Below are positions 12,023 through 24,924 of a stretch of DNA of 64,000 nucleotides, one piece after another (position 1 is the first letter of the stretch; the number at the start of each line of letters is the position of its first letter). The notes under the pieces are model-generated. The model ran no database searches. It had not been told where the DNA came from and saw only the letters and a program-made list of their open reading frames with translations. Made by a program: the position numbers and the translations under genes. The DNA lies in assembly GCF_030684315.1 (NCBI RefSeq), contig NC_081358.1, positions 55,748,942-55,812,941 on the forward strand. Direction: 5' to 3'. This DNA is from Stegostoma tigrinum. Taxonomy: Eukaryota.

Positions 12023-14420
12023 CTTGGGGTAATTTTGTTTCTGAGCAATGGTATAAAGTGGAAGGTATTGATTTACAGGGCCGGTTATGTATCTCTCCTG
12101 ATTTTGCTTCTATGGGGTTAACAAGGAACAAAGTTAAGGAGTGGGATGTCATGAACAGTAAAATTGTACATTGGGATCATTGTACAATATCACCCAATGC
12201 CAATAAACACATATTAATGGTGGAAACATGACTAAGTAAAACGATATTCAAAGAAAAAGCTGAATTATGGGACAAAATCTATGTTTTGTCACAGTGTTTG
12301 CTAATAATTTGGAATCATTCATCATGCGAGTGTAGGTGCATCCTTGAGTGCAGATAGTTTTACATATATAGGCAGTCACATTCATATTACCGATAGGAAA
12401 AAGTGTATGTTCCAGTTAGAAGCAAAATATATGTTTCCATTTTGAATAATTCATCATAATGTTATATTGAAATAAGCCTTTAAATAACAGCCTTTATTAA
12501 AAATATTTTCTGCTGATGTTAATCTTGCTTCCTGACATCATAAATTTGGCCAAATTTATTTTAGCAATGAAGGCAATAAAGGGAAAAAAAATTGTTTCAC
12601 AAAACACATACCATCTGATCATCAGCCTGAACTGGAGAGAAGACAACAAGAGATTTTCGTCTCAGTTTTTCACAACCATTAATAATACATGACTTTCAGA
12701 ACAAGGCAGAAGATCAGTCAAAAACAACAGCACTGACACACTGAAGCTCCACATGTCAGGGTCTTAAAATGTCAAAATGACAAGTAATACAATTTAAACA
12801 TGGCATATTTTTCATATAGTTTGCTGCAGTGTGACAAAGGAATGTGGTCCCATTAAGGTGTTGCAACAAACACAAGCTATTACCTTAGGAACAACATCTT
12901 TAAATCTTTTGTGTTACATGTTTTGATTTATTCGCAGCTGTATGCATTTTGACAGCAAAAAATATTAAGTGAATGCTTTGTTATAGTTCAAGATGTATAA
13001 AATTACCATTGTGTTTTATTTAGAAATTTAGCCTTTATTCAATGACATCATCCTAGTGGCATCAGTCTTCCAAAATAAGCATATTTGAGGCAGAGATGTA
13101 ATGTGACGTAAAACAACTATAAAACCCACTTTTATTATTATTATAACTTAAGAACAGGAGTTTTCAACAAAAATCTGTTCAATTATACAGTTCCACGATT
13201 ATGTGATGTATTCCTGCTGCCATGCCATTTTGAAGGTCTAAGTTTACCCAATAAAACCAGGACCAAATAAACCAGCTGAATCCCTTGGCCCATGATGCTT
13301 CCAGTGTAAACATTGTCACATCAAATAAACCTGGCTGTATTAGTGCAATCATAATACTCCAAGCTTCATAATTTTAATCATACACATTTAAATATATGCA
13401 AGCAAATGGACTCCTTTATAGAATGTAAGTGAATATATGCTTTTACAAAATATAATGCAGATTATATAAGACACACTTTTGCAAACTCAGGAAAAAAGAA
13501 AACTGCTATTTTAAACTACTATTAACATCGATATTCCTGAAATGACTAGATTTCAAGAGTTAATGATTAGTGAAGTACAGAACTGACCTGCTTGAACATT
13601 TGAAGGATTAATTGTTTCAACAGTGAATTTAGAGATCTTTAATTTGTCGTTTATTTATTCCTTGTATATTTGGTCAATCAAATATGAATTCAGTGCTGAG
13701 GGGTACAGAAGGTCTTTAAGTAAGGTTTAAGCAAGAAGGAAAGCCTCTAGCCCAAAAGGTGAGTTGAAAGAGATAATAGGTGCAGATGCAGTTCAAGATG
13801 TCTGTCCTTTTCTTTCTCTTCTCCTTTTTAATTTTTTTTTCTCTCTATGTTTCTTTTTTTCTTTCTCCTCAACTAGGTCCTGAACTCCCGGACTCAGCAT
13901 GAGCTCGGCGAGGCATTCTTCCAGCCTGGCATGGGAGTCTTTCAGCTTGGCCTGTGCTATAAGCAGCCTGTGCTGGTCTCTCCGTGACCTGTGGCAGTCT
14001 TGCTGCCCAGTGTGTCAGCTGGTGATGACAGCGGGGCCCAGCACGCACCCAGCAATTGGAGGCTATGAGTGGGTCCTATCTGGTCATATTCCAGAGGCAG
14101 CAGGAGGAGATCAGAGATGGTGACTTCAGTGGCAGTAGCAGCGGTGATGGCATCATGGCTCATGCGGGAAGAACAAGTGATGAAGGAGGTTTCCTGGTAT
14201 CTGTGGTGGCATTGATGAGAAAGTGGAAGTCTCCCAGACACTAAGCTGAGTGGAGGAGTTTGGGGCCCCAGCATGGTTAAGCACTCAAGAAAGACTGTTG
14301 AACTTTTAACTTTATGTCTTTATTTTTCTAGCTTATATTAAGTAGTCATAATGCGTATGTGCCAATGTTGGACTGGCGTGGGTAAAGTCAGAAGTCACAA
14401 GACAAAGAGGTTATTTGAAA

Positions 14421-14457
14421 TCACAAGCTTTCAGAGCATAGCCCCTTTGTCAGGTGA
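14421..14457 (-). ncRNA. Hammerhead-like motif of family B (core CUGACAA, G8 mutated)
   Basis: tcac-CTGACAA-a-GGGGC tat GCTCT-GAAA-GCTT-gtga: stem I UCAC/GUGA and an AGCU palindrome. Second copy at 16644-16680 (+). Confidence 0.6.
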
Positions 14458-15415
14458 AGTGAGAAACATGCACACAGACACAGCATTTATGGACAGAGAG
14501 ATCAAGGGCATAGAGATCAAAAGATCAAACAAATGGTGTGAATGGAGTGTCGAATAGTAAGTCTGAGCAGGTAATCTGAAGTTTTAGATGACATGAGTAA
14601 AGTGTCAACAACTGAGTAACAAGCAAAGGGGTGGCCTATAATTTGATTAATTGAGGCAGAGAGATAAGTACAAAAGAACAAAAATAAGGTGGTGCTGGAG
14701 ACAAAGTAAATGACTGGAATAACATGACAAGTATAAGAGTTGCATGCCGAGGGTCTAACCAAAGTAATAAGTAATCAAAAACTGCACAAACTAATTAATG
14801 TAGAGAGATTATGACAATGTATCCAGGTGATGGTGACAATGCAGGACAGTAAGGAAGATGTTACAGATACAGAATTGTGGTGGTGTCACATACAATGTAA
14901 CATGAACCCAAGATCATGTTTGCGGCCGCCTTCATGGGTACAGAACATGGCTATCAGTTTCTGTTCAGTGATTCTGCTTTGTTGTGTATCTTGAAGTCCA
15001 TCTTGGAGGATGCTTACCTAAAGATTGGGGGCTGAATGCCCTTAACCACCGAAGTGTTTCCTGACTGTGAGGGACCATCCCTGTCTGGTAATTGTTGTGC
15101 AATGTCCATTCATCCATTGTCATAGTGTCTACATGCTCTTGCTAATATACCATGTCCTGGTAGACCCTGGCCTGCAGGGTATAAGATAAACAACATTGGC
15201 CATGTCACATGAGTATCTGCCATGTATGGGGTAGGTGGTGTTCCTATATGTGACGATAGTATCCATGTTGATGATCTAACATGTCTTGCAGAGGTTGCCA
15301 TGGCAGAGTTGTGGGGAGTTGTGGTCAATGTTCTCCTGAAGGCTGGATAGTTTGTTGTGAATGATGGTCTGTTTAAGGTTTTGTGGTTGTTTGAAGGTGA
15401 AAAGTCGAGGCTTGA

Positions 15416-15990
15416 TAAGACCATAAGACATATGAGTGGAAGTAAGGTCATTCGGCCCATCAAGTCCACTCTTCCATTTAAATCATGGCTGATGGGCATT
15501 TCAACTCCACTTCCCTGCACTCTCCCCGTAGCCCTTGATTCCTTGTGAGATCAAGAATTTGTCGATCACTGCCTTGAAGGCATCTAATGTCCTGGCCTCC
15601 ACTGCACTCCGTGGCAACAAATTCCACAAGCCCACCACTCTCTGGCTGAAGAAATGTCATCTCATTTCCGTTTTAAATTTACCCCGTCTAATTTTAAGGC
15701 TGTGCCCACGGGTCCTAGTCTCCCCGCCTGACGGAAACAACTTCCCAGCGTCCACCCCTTCTAAGCCATACATTATCTCGTAAGTTTCTATTAGATCTCC
15801 CCTCAACCTTCTAAACTCTAATGAGTACAATCCCAGGATCCTTAGCCATTCATCATATGTTAAACCTACCATTCCAGGGATCATTCGTGTGAATCTCCGC
15901 TGGACACGCTCCAGGGCTAGTATGTCCTTCCTGAGGTGTAGGGCCCAAAATTGGACACAGTATTCTAAATGGGGCCTAACTAGAGCTTTG
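15416..15990 (-). mobile_element. CR1-clade LINE 3' fragment inserted into the family B PLE
   Basis: ORF 15657-15884 GLTYDEWLRILGLYSLEFRRLRGDLIE..TRTRGHSLKIR; (cataaga) tail at ~15416-15430; PLE sequence resumes on both sides. Confidence 0.9.
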
Positions 15991-17344
15991 GTGATTTTGG
16001 TAAGATGCTCACCATCATTGATGACATGTTGAAGGCTGCAAAGGATATGGTGTAGTCTCTATGCTCTGGGGAAAAACTGGACGATGAAGGGCACTCTATC
16101 GGTCATATCCAATCGCTGCCTTCTGAGGAGGTCATTGCGGTGTTTTGCTGTGGTCACAACAGAACTGGCAATCGATGAGTTGAGCATCACATCCCTTTCT
16201 TATGAGAGCGTGGTTCAAAATTTTTAGAAGACTTTGGTTTCTTGTCGCGCTACATTTGACCCCACCACACTGCTCTGTATCTGTAAAATCTTCCTTACTG
16301 TCCTGTTTTGTACAGTTTTGGATTACTTATTATTTTGGTTAGACTGTTGGTATGTGACCCTTATACCTATCATGTTAATCCAGCCATTTGGTTTGTTTCT
16401 TGCACCACCTTATTTTTAATTGTTCGTTATTTTCTCTCTCTCGCTCTCATTTAATTGGATTATAGATCATCCCTTTACTTGTTATACAGTCATTGACACT
16501 TTACTCACACTATCTAACACTTCGAATCAACTTCAAGGACTTAATATTTGATAGGCCACTCACACCATTTGTATAGTCTTTTGATCTCTGTGCTCTTAGT
16601 CTTTCTGCCCATAAATTCTGTGTTTGTGCACTTCTCTCTCATTTCACCTGACAAAGGGGCTATGCTCTGAAAACCTGTGATTTCAAATAAACCTGTTGGA
16701 CTACAAATTGGTGTCACGTGTCCTCTGGCTTCATATTAAGTAGGACTTTGACGTTAACTATTACCTGATTTCTTCAGTTTTCTGTTTATTCTATGAAGAC
16801 CTGTAATACTTAGCTTTTTAGCTTTGTTTCTCTCTTTTACTACTTTGTACCTTAGTTTTTTATACCTAGGTAACTTTGCACCTAAGATGGTGATGGTGCT
16901 GTGCATGGTGACATTGTACAATTTTCTCTGTACTCCTTGTACATCTCTACTTGAGTTCATATGATAATAAAATCTAAGTCTAGATCTAAATCTCAATCAA
17001 AAGGCCATCCAGCAGTGTGCCCAGCGACAGAGTGAAGTCATAAACCATAACGTGGCACAAATGAAGGGAAAATAGCCAATTGGCAAACAGCATTGGTGAA
17101 TATTTCTAGTCTTTCAATTAAAGTCAGGTCTTCAGATGGTGGTTGTGTCTCTTGTCTTTTATTCTTCTAATTTTATTCAGAATTGCTTGTTAAATATATG
17201 ATTGATACTGGCATAAACAAAAAATTACAACAAAAAGTGTAAGGAGTGGGAGGTTCAAGTGATACTAGCATAATTTGTAAAAATACAATATAATAGTAGG
17301 CCAGATGCTGCATTGCTACTAATCCTACTTAGTTCATTGGTCAT

Positions 17345-18575
17345 CTTTTGCTGTGTTATAATATTTTCCAATCCTTGAACAAATGGGATAGATATAGGGG
17401 AATTGAATGGAAACTATTTGGATTTCCAAAAGCATTCAATAAAATACCATTTGTCGACCTACTTAGTAGAATACAATCACATGCTGTGAGGATAGTATAT
17501 TTACATGGATAGAGGCTTGGTGAACAAATAAAAATCAAAGAATTAGGAAAAGTGAGGCATTTTCAAGACGACAATCTATAACTAATGGTGTGCCACAGGG
17601 ATTAGCACTGAGGCAGCAATTATATACAATCTATATTGATGAGAGGAGTGAATGTATTGTCACCAAGTTTGTAGATGACACAAAATCACGTGAGAATGTA
17701 AAAAATAAGGATGCCACAAAAAGTCTGCAAATGGATACAGACTAATTGTGCAGACAAAAACTTTGCAGGTGGAGTATGATATGGGAAATGTGAGGTTGTG
17801 CACTTTGAATGGAAGAATAGAAGAGCTCAACATTATTTAAACTGAGAAAGGCTAAAGAAAGCTACAAAACAGAGGGATTTGCTCGTCTTCATGCAAAAAT
17901 GACAAAAAAACTAGCATTCAAGCTCAGCAGGAAATAGGGAAGGCAAATGGAATGTTGGCCTTTATTTCAAGGAGAATGGAATGTAAAAGCAAGAGGTTTT
18001 GCTAAAACTATACAAGGCACTATACAGGCCGTACTAAAATAATGTGAACAGTTTTGGGCTTCTTCTCAAAGAAAGGATATACTAGCATTGGAAACAGTCC
18101 AGAGAAGGTTCATTTGGCTGCTACCACAAATGGAGGGACTTTCTATGGAGACAGACTTTCTATGGGTAGATTGGGCCTGTACTCATTGGAGATGAGAAGA
18201 ATGAGAGGTGGCCGTATGAAACATATGAGTCTTTGGGGATTTGATATAATAGATGTTGAGAGATTATTTCCCCTTGTGAGAGTCTAGAATCAGAGAACAT
18301 AATTCCAGAGTGTAGAGCCACCCTTTAAAGACAGCGATGAGGGGGAATTTCTTCTTGCATAGGTTTTTGCAGCCGTGGAATTATGTACCACAGAGGGCTG
18401 TTGAGGCTGTGTCAGTGCATCTTTGCAACCTGAGACAGACAGATTTTTCAAACCAGTAAGGGAATCGAGGGTTATGGGAAAAAAAAACAGTAAAGTGGTT
18501 TTGAGGATTATCAGATCAGCCACGATCACATTGAAAGGTGAAACAGTTTTGGTGGGTTGAATGCCCTACTTCTGT
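17345..18575 (+). mobile_element. CR1-clade LINE, degenerate RT through 3' end
   Basis: YLDFQKAF (~17415), GVPQG (~17588), KFVDDTK (~17665), LGLYSLEMRRMRG (ORF 18054-18287), CR1-type 3' UTR. Confidence 0.85.
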
Positions 18576-18591
18576 TTTTCTAAAAAAAAAC

Positions 18592-18940
18592 TCATGGAAT
18601 GTAAGTATCATTGGCTGGGCAGCATTTACCTCTAATTGCACCTTGTCCAGAGCGGCTTGGTAGGGCTAGTTCAGAGTCAACTCTCTTGCTGTGGATTTTG
18701 AACCACATTTGAACCTGATTTATTTCCCCAAATGGCATTTGCAAACCTGGATAGGTTTGTCATCAATCAACACAGTTGCCATTACGGCAGCTGTTTTTCA
18801 CATTCTAGACTTTTATTGGATTCAAATTTCACCAGCTGGTGTAAAACAATACAAACTCATGTACCCAGAGCATTAAACTGGTGTTCAGGGTTACAAGTCC
18901 AGTAAATCAGTAACATTAACACTACGTCATTCCCATCCCC
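18592..18940 (-). mobile_element. tRNA-head SINE with L2-type 3' tail, degenerate
   Basis: Minus strand begins ggggatgggaatgacgtagtgttaatgttactg..ctggacttgtaacc and ends in aaatgctgcccagccaatgatacttacattccatga. Related copies at ~27500-27800, ~38085-38280 and ~58080-58370. Confidence 0.55.
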
Positions 18941-19929
18941 ATGTCACTATGCCTACCTTTTATGGTCTTAAACTACACTTTAAATAGAAATGTTACAACT
19001 ATTCAGATAAAAATCAGTAGAAATACATGGGAAATGTTTTGATTTTTGAAACATTTAGTCCTGAAAGGCTACATATATAACACTGACACATACCATACCA
19101 TGGTCTTAACCATACCACGACCTGTAATCTATAATTTTGCTGAATAAAGATATGATGATCGGTAACTACTGAGGAAGTGATTGAGGCAAGTATTACTCAT
19201 TGTTACCAGAAATTTCAGTTTTTACAGTGTTGCGTTTTCAAATGGAAATAATGTCTGGGATTGACATAGAGGGTGGTACACTATGACAAGTCGATCATGT
19301 CCAGCCTGTGCCCATCTGAAAATGCTCATCTAACTAAAGGTTTGTAAGTCCCATCAGTTCCACTGCCTATCAGTTGGGCTGAAGCCCCAGTTTGGTAAAT
19401 GGAAGACCGAATACCAAAACTGAAGGGAATGGACTCTACTGAGAGTTGTGACCCGATATTATTCAAACGTAGAAGCGATTTAATTAGTTAATAACACAGC
19501 ATTAAAAACAATTCAACTCCTTGTTATCTTCTTGCTGTTTCACATGAACATCTGGGTCTTTACTCATAAACCTCCAAATCAAATGATTGAGAATAGACAG
19601 TTCATTCGGAACTCAATACAGACATGATGGGTTATGTTTAGTGGCATTCTGTGATTCTGTTTCCACAAAGAGAACTTTCATGGATCAAAGTGGAGAGCTC
19701 ACTGTCTCTTTGCTGTGCCACATTCAACTTAGCCTAGGTATCAAAGTGTAAGGTGCCCAGTCATGCTGTATTGAGCTAGTTCAGACTTTGCAGTCATTCA
19801 CTTAAGCATTATGCCTTCTTGCTCATCCACTGTATGTTGGGTCATTCAATGTATCTAGAATTAAACTGAAAGAATTTCAGCCTTTAGTGGTTAGTCTATA
19901 TTTCTAAATTCAATTCATGAGCTAGGGAC

Positions 19930-20070
19930 CGAGTCGATTACTTATGGTTCCTTGAGTGCTACAGATTCAGATAATAGATTATTAAGTCAGCCACAGAGAA
20001 TCCACTGGGATTTAATCTTGCATCATGTAGCAATTCAGAGCCATTTTACTCGCAGGTATAATGTGCTCAC
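19930..20070. repeat. Diverged direct repeat, copy 1 (copy 2 at ~21365-21500)
   Basis: Colinear anchors tccttga..cagat/cagac..aatag..agtcagcca..agaatccact.ggat..tcatgtagca in both copies. Confidence 0.7.
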
Positions 20071-20536
20071 TCTTGGGAGCCCTCTTATGACACAGAGGTA
20101 GTCCCTACCTCTGGACCAGTAAGCCCATATTCAAGTCCCACCTGCTCCAGAGGTGTGTAGTAACATCTCTGGACAGGTTGATGAGAAAAGTAGATTAAAT
20201 TTAAAAAAGAAACACGCTCAACCCTTCCACTGGTTCAAATTAATTTGTCACAATGACAGCTGAAAATTTTTCTCCCTTTTTCTTGCTCAACATACCTCAA
20301 AGACAATCCTAGCTAAAAGGTATGTTGGCGAAACAACCAAGAACTCAAGCATATCTATTAACTTCATCACTACTGAGGATGCCAGCCAATAAGCAAATAA
20401 GTAAAAAAACAGCTTTAGCCACAGGTCAAAAATCATCCTACACCACCAAGACTCTGAGGACTTTAAAAAAATGTGTAGATTTTATTTTTCCCGTCTGTCC
20501 TGGACATTCTCCCTTTTAAACTTATTATCTCAGCTT

Positions 20537-21295
20537 GTGTATGTGCTTTATGTTGCATTTTTATTATTTATTTTCAGGCTTAATAGGTATCAAAGTTCCT
20601 CCTTCACTCAAGAAAACTTCATAATTAGCTCTTTCATTTTGATCTAGTTCACTACATCTTTACTTGACATGTTTTTGCAACCAACCAAGAGAGGGTTCAA
20701 AAGAGGGAAGATGAATCATTCTTTCTCACCTGGCCATCTTACACACTTTATCTTTTTGAGGGCTGCTGCTTAAGATAGAACAGCATATAATTATTTTCCT
20801 TAGTGAGCTGCCTTGTGAAATTCTGTAGATACCTCCAATTCACTGGTCTGCTGTAAATGAGGCTTGATGGTGGGTCCTTGCATCCAGTTGATCGATTAAT
20901 GTGCACCAATTTCTGGTCCTTAATTTCGAATTCCTTGATGTTTTAGTTCTGTAAGGCACTGTGAATCCATTTAGATCTTTCTCTACTTCTGTCCTTTTAT
21001 CAGATTTTGTTAGTACTGGCAGTACATATTCTGAAGATGAACTGAACAAGGGAATATAAAACACATGATTTATAGGACCATCGGGATTATATAGAAGATA
21101 TCAATATTATACCATTACTAAATCACAGTGAGATGTGAAGGCCATTGATCTCACTGGAACAAGCAGCCACAGTAACAGCTCAATGCAGCCAATCCTATAA
21201 AGTTGCCTTTGGTGAGTCTACACAGTACGCAACAAATCAATAGTTAAAGGAACAGTACTCCCATCTTTCTATGAAAACAAATGAATTTAAAGAAC
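20537..21295. repeat. Diverged direct repeat, copy 1 (copy 2 at ~24031-24632)
   Basis: Shared colinear anchors ttttcagg, tccttcactcaagaaaa, taattagc, ttcatttt, ttgacat, gcatc.agttg, accaatttct, ggccat..atctcac.ggaa, agctcaatgcag, caacaaatcaata.ttaaag. Confidence 0.8.
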
Positions 21296-21819
21296 AAAGC
21301 CCAGTGTAACCACTTAATATGTTACTGAATATCACACAGCATTACTGAAGGATATTGTTATGCATATCTATGTCTCCTTGAATACTGCAGACTTGGACAA
21401 TAGTTCGCTGAGTCAGCCATAAAGAATCCACTTGGATCCCATCACTTATCATGTAGCACATAGGAACCACTTAACCCCCAAATAAAGCATGGTCATTCCT
21501 TCCATTGGTCTCAAGAATTGAACAAATAATCAGACATAAGAAATTGATCAGCATGGCTTTGAAATGTTTGAGAAACAGCATGTATCAGAAACCCTTCCTG
21601 GTGGCAGTGAGAAAGTAGCCACGAAATATGTTTATTATCTGTCACCATTCTCCTGACTATACTAAAAATATACCCAATCAAATGGGCCGCACCAACTACT
21701 TGCTTACTGTCCAATCAAAATATGACCTGAATGCTTAAAACAAGTGTTTGTATATTTATCCCCTGAGTGATTAGAGTGCCAATCACTTTGATATTTCAAC
21801 TCTTTCCATTGTTAGGAAT

Positions 21820-22480
21820 ACACAGAAATTGGATCAGGAGGAGGTCATTTTGTCCTTTGAACCTGCTTCGTAATTTATAATGTTCATGGCTAATCTTTCA
21901 ACACAACAGACTGTTCTGCTTTTCCCCCATATGCTTTGATTCCTTTTGCCCCTAGTGCTATATCCAAGTCCTTCTTGAAATCATACACTTTTTTGAACTT
22001 GATTGGTTTCAGAGGTAGTGAATCCCATAGGTTCACCACTCTCTGGATAAAAAAATTTTTCCTTGCCTCAGTCCTAAAATAGTTTACCTTAGGCTGAGAC
22101 ATCTGGTTCTGGACTTCACGGCCATTGGGAACGTCCTTCATGCATATAGCCTATATGTAGTGCTGTAAGAATATTATGGACTTCAGTGAGATCCCCTCCC
22201 TCATTCTTCTGAACTCCAGTGAGTATAATACCAACCAATTTACCCTTTCCTCACCCATTCCCTTCCAAATTGGGAATTAGCCTGATATACTTTTGCTGCA
22301 CTCCCTACTTTGCTACAACATACTTCCTAAGATAAAGAGGCCAAAACTGCACACAATATTCCAGATGTGACCTCATCCAGACCCTGTATGATTGCAGAAA
22401 GACAACCCTCCTCTGATACTTGAAATGCCTCACTGTGAAGGCCAACACACTATTCACCTTCTTTACTGTCTGTTGCACCT
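21820..22480 (-). mobile_element. CR1-clade LINE 3' fragment, degenerate
   Basis: ORF 21890-22141 FRTEARKNFFIQRVVNLWDSLP..FKKDLDIAL; upstream HIWNIVCSF-like remnant of the HLEYCVQFW motif. Confidence 0.8.
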
Positions 22481-24030
22481 ACAATATTGATCATGTATGT
22501 AAATAAAGTATCAAACAAATTACCTCAAAGTCCTATTGCATCCAAATGCACTGCTCTGGGGTTTCCTTATATCTCAAACCTAAACACATCACTGGCATTA
22601 TTTAATTATGATTGAAAGAATAGCAAGCATACCTTGTTTAATGCTGTCCTTTGGATGAAGCAACAAAGTATGTTCTTATAAAATTCCATTAAGGTAGCCA
22701 TAATCTATGAGCTTATTTATACAAGGGATGATGGTAGATCAGGCAACATTACCTCATGTGAAAAAAGTGATTCACAGTAATTGAAATAAAGTTTTGAATA
22801 GGTTTATTCCTTTTGTTTCATATGATTTATGTGATTTGTTAAAAGCAAGAAGCCTTTAATATTATTTTCAAACTGGGTGGAGCCTATGCACAAAGTCCTG
22901 AATATTGTGGCAACAAACCTAAATAAAGAAGCCAAGAGAATGCTACTGAAATAACTGATGTAATTGAATACTGTACAATGCACTGGCATCTACTGTCTAA
23001 CTATTTAAAAACTCATTATTTCCATTTGCTGCAATAAAGACTTGTTTTGATTTCAATTAACATTCTTTATGCCACCCACTTATAGCAATTTTCATAGTGA
23101 TTTTGATAAACATGGCTATTATATCATGCCCAATACACCGTGGAGCACATCTTGGGAATGATATTGACATTGAATAAGTCTTCATATCTTTCTGTAATTA
23201 AATCTACATGATGTAGTCATATACCTGACTTTATGAAAAATAACAGCAATGGGTATTATCAAAAAAAGCAGTAAAAGTAGGGTTTATTGAGAGTTTTTGC
23301 AGGGTCTGACCATGAAATTTGAAGTGAGAATCTGATTTTAAGGAATTTGATTTTCATGGTTTACAACTTTGGAATGCAAACTCTTGTTTCATTTTTCTGG
23401 ATTTAAAGCAGCTTCATAAGTCCAAGTGCTAACTGCAGATGCAATGCTATATATTTCGGGTCAGTTAAAGAGCTGATTTAGCTGTCTGATCATTAGTTCT
23501 GAATTAATAAACTAAGTCCTTGGGCTCAGAAATCCAGTGAGCCAGCATCGATTTTTTTCATGCAGAAAATGATCACAGAAATGCCCACTAAGGTAGCATT
23601 TTCTTTTCACGCACATTCTGAGCTAGAAGTTGGAAGTTGAACTGGGCTATACTAATACACGCATTAAAAAAATGACCAGTGCCTGTGTTTGAAACATGTG
23701 TCGATAAAGATATCTAAAGCCTATTAGAGGAGTAGCAAATTTGTGGCAAGAAGAGCTGCAAGTTTCTCTTACTCTTTTTTCATCATAACCTTGAAGACAA
23801 CACCCAGTTAAAAAGTAAACAGGAGAAGTTCATTGAGACTTCAGAAATATCTACAAGCTCCACCATTGTTGAGGATGCAAGTCAATAATTACACAACTAT
23901 GTTCTCAGTTTAGAAAAAATGTAATATCTGCAGGATACTAAGGGCTTCTTAAAATGTGTCAGATGTAAACTTCTTAAAAAAATTGATTTTCCTAACTCTG
24001 GCAGACAATGATCCATTTAAACTTATTACC

Positions 24031-24632
24031 TGTGTTTGTGTCTTATGTTGTTATTTTTTTCAGGGTGTAGATGTAACAAAATTCCTCATTCCTTCACTCA
24101 AGAAAATGTTGTAATTAGCCCCTTCATTTTAATAGAATTAATGGCATCTTTAGTTGACATATGATATAGCTGCCTGCTAAAAGAAATGAAAATATTGATT
24201 TACTTTTAAAAGACGAGAGTAGAATCCCTATTCCTCATGTGATCACTAACACACACTTTAGCTGGGATTGAATAGCATAAAATTATATTGCCTGGTGACA
24301 TGCTGTAGGTGTCTGCTGCTCACTAGTCTGAAATAAATGTGACCCAATATTAGGTCCCTGCATCTAGTTGGTTGACAAGTGTGAACCAATTTCTAGACCT
24401 CAATTTCAAGTTCTATGAGGCCCTAAAAAGCATCAATACAGCACTGTTGCTAAATTGTACTGAAATGTAATGGCCATCAATCTCACAGGAAAGAAATGCC
24501 AATAACAAATAGCTCAATGCAGGTAGCCCCTATAAAGCAGCTTTTTAGTGACTTTACACAGAATTCAACAAATCAATAATTAAAGTGATAGTGTTAGCAT
24601 TCCTATGAACAGAACAAATAGATGAAAAGAAC
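24031..24632. repeat. Diverged direct repeat, copy 2 of 20537-21295 (internal deletion relative to copy 1)
   Basis: Same anchors as 20537-21295; lacks a counterpart of roughly 20945-21100. Confidence 0.8.
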
Positions 24633-24924
24633 TATAGGATTAATATTCTTTTTGTTGGCTTAGTCTGAAATGTGTTGAGCTTTTGGATGGATTTCTGCCA
24701 CATGGTCTAGAGAGTTCTCTTGTTTTATCTTACCAAACCAACCTCATTTAATATCTCTGGCCCTATAGTCTCCTTCACTCCTGATTCTGGCCCACCTTAC
24801 CATCCCAAGAGCAATTTGTCACTCCACGGATACCCTAGAATTCATTGACAACTCTTCACTCGCATCACCTTTAAAAACCCATTGAATACCCAGACCTGCA
24901 TGACTCCTGATACTTTCCACAGGC

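Larger units (their letters stand above)
14346..16732 (-). mobile_element. Penelope-like element, family B, degenerate and 5'-truncated, with an inverted second pLTR (~16240-16732, plus strand)
   Basis: Minus strand ~15100-15335 translates CHGNLCKTC*..GRYSCDMANVVYLIPC..WYISKSM*TL*QWMNGH (Cys linker plus GIY-YIG with stops). 16260-16730 is a diverged reverse complement of 14380-14890. 11-bp TSD atattaagtag at 14335-14345 and 16733-16743. Confidence 0.85.
13800..16995 (+). mobile_element. Old non-autonomous retroposon split by the family B PLE (pieces ~13800-14345 and 16744-16995)
   Basis: A GC-richer body continues across the duplicated site atattaagtag and ends in ..gagttcatatgataataaaatctaagtctagatctaaatct, a poly(A)-signal plus simple-repeat tail resembling Rex/Babar-type 3' ends. 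Family assignment is tentative. Confidence 0.5.

Noticed and set aside
19895-20640. Cadherin/CSPG-repeat-like (SATDSD, SFTQE) or serpin-like (ENVVISPF) peptides in the duplicated blocks
   Set aside because: Matches are only 5-8 residues, are followed by stops and lack the rest of each family's motif; kept only as an unexplained duplication.
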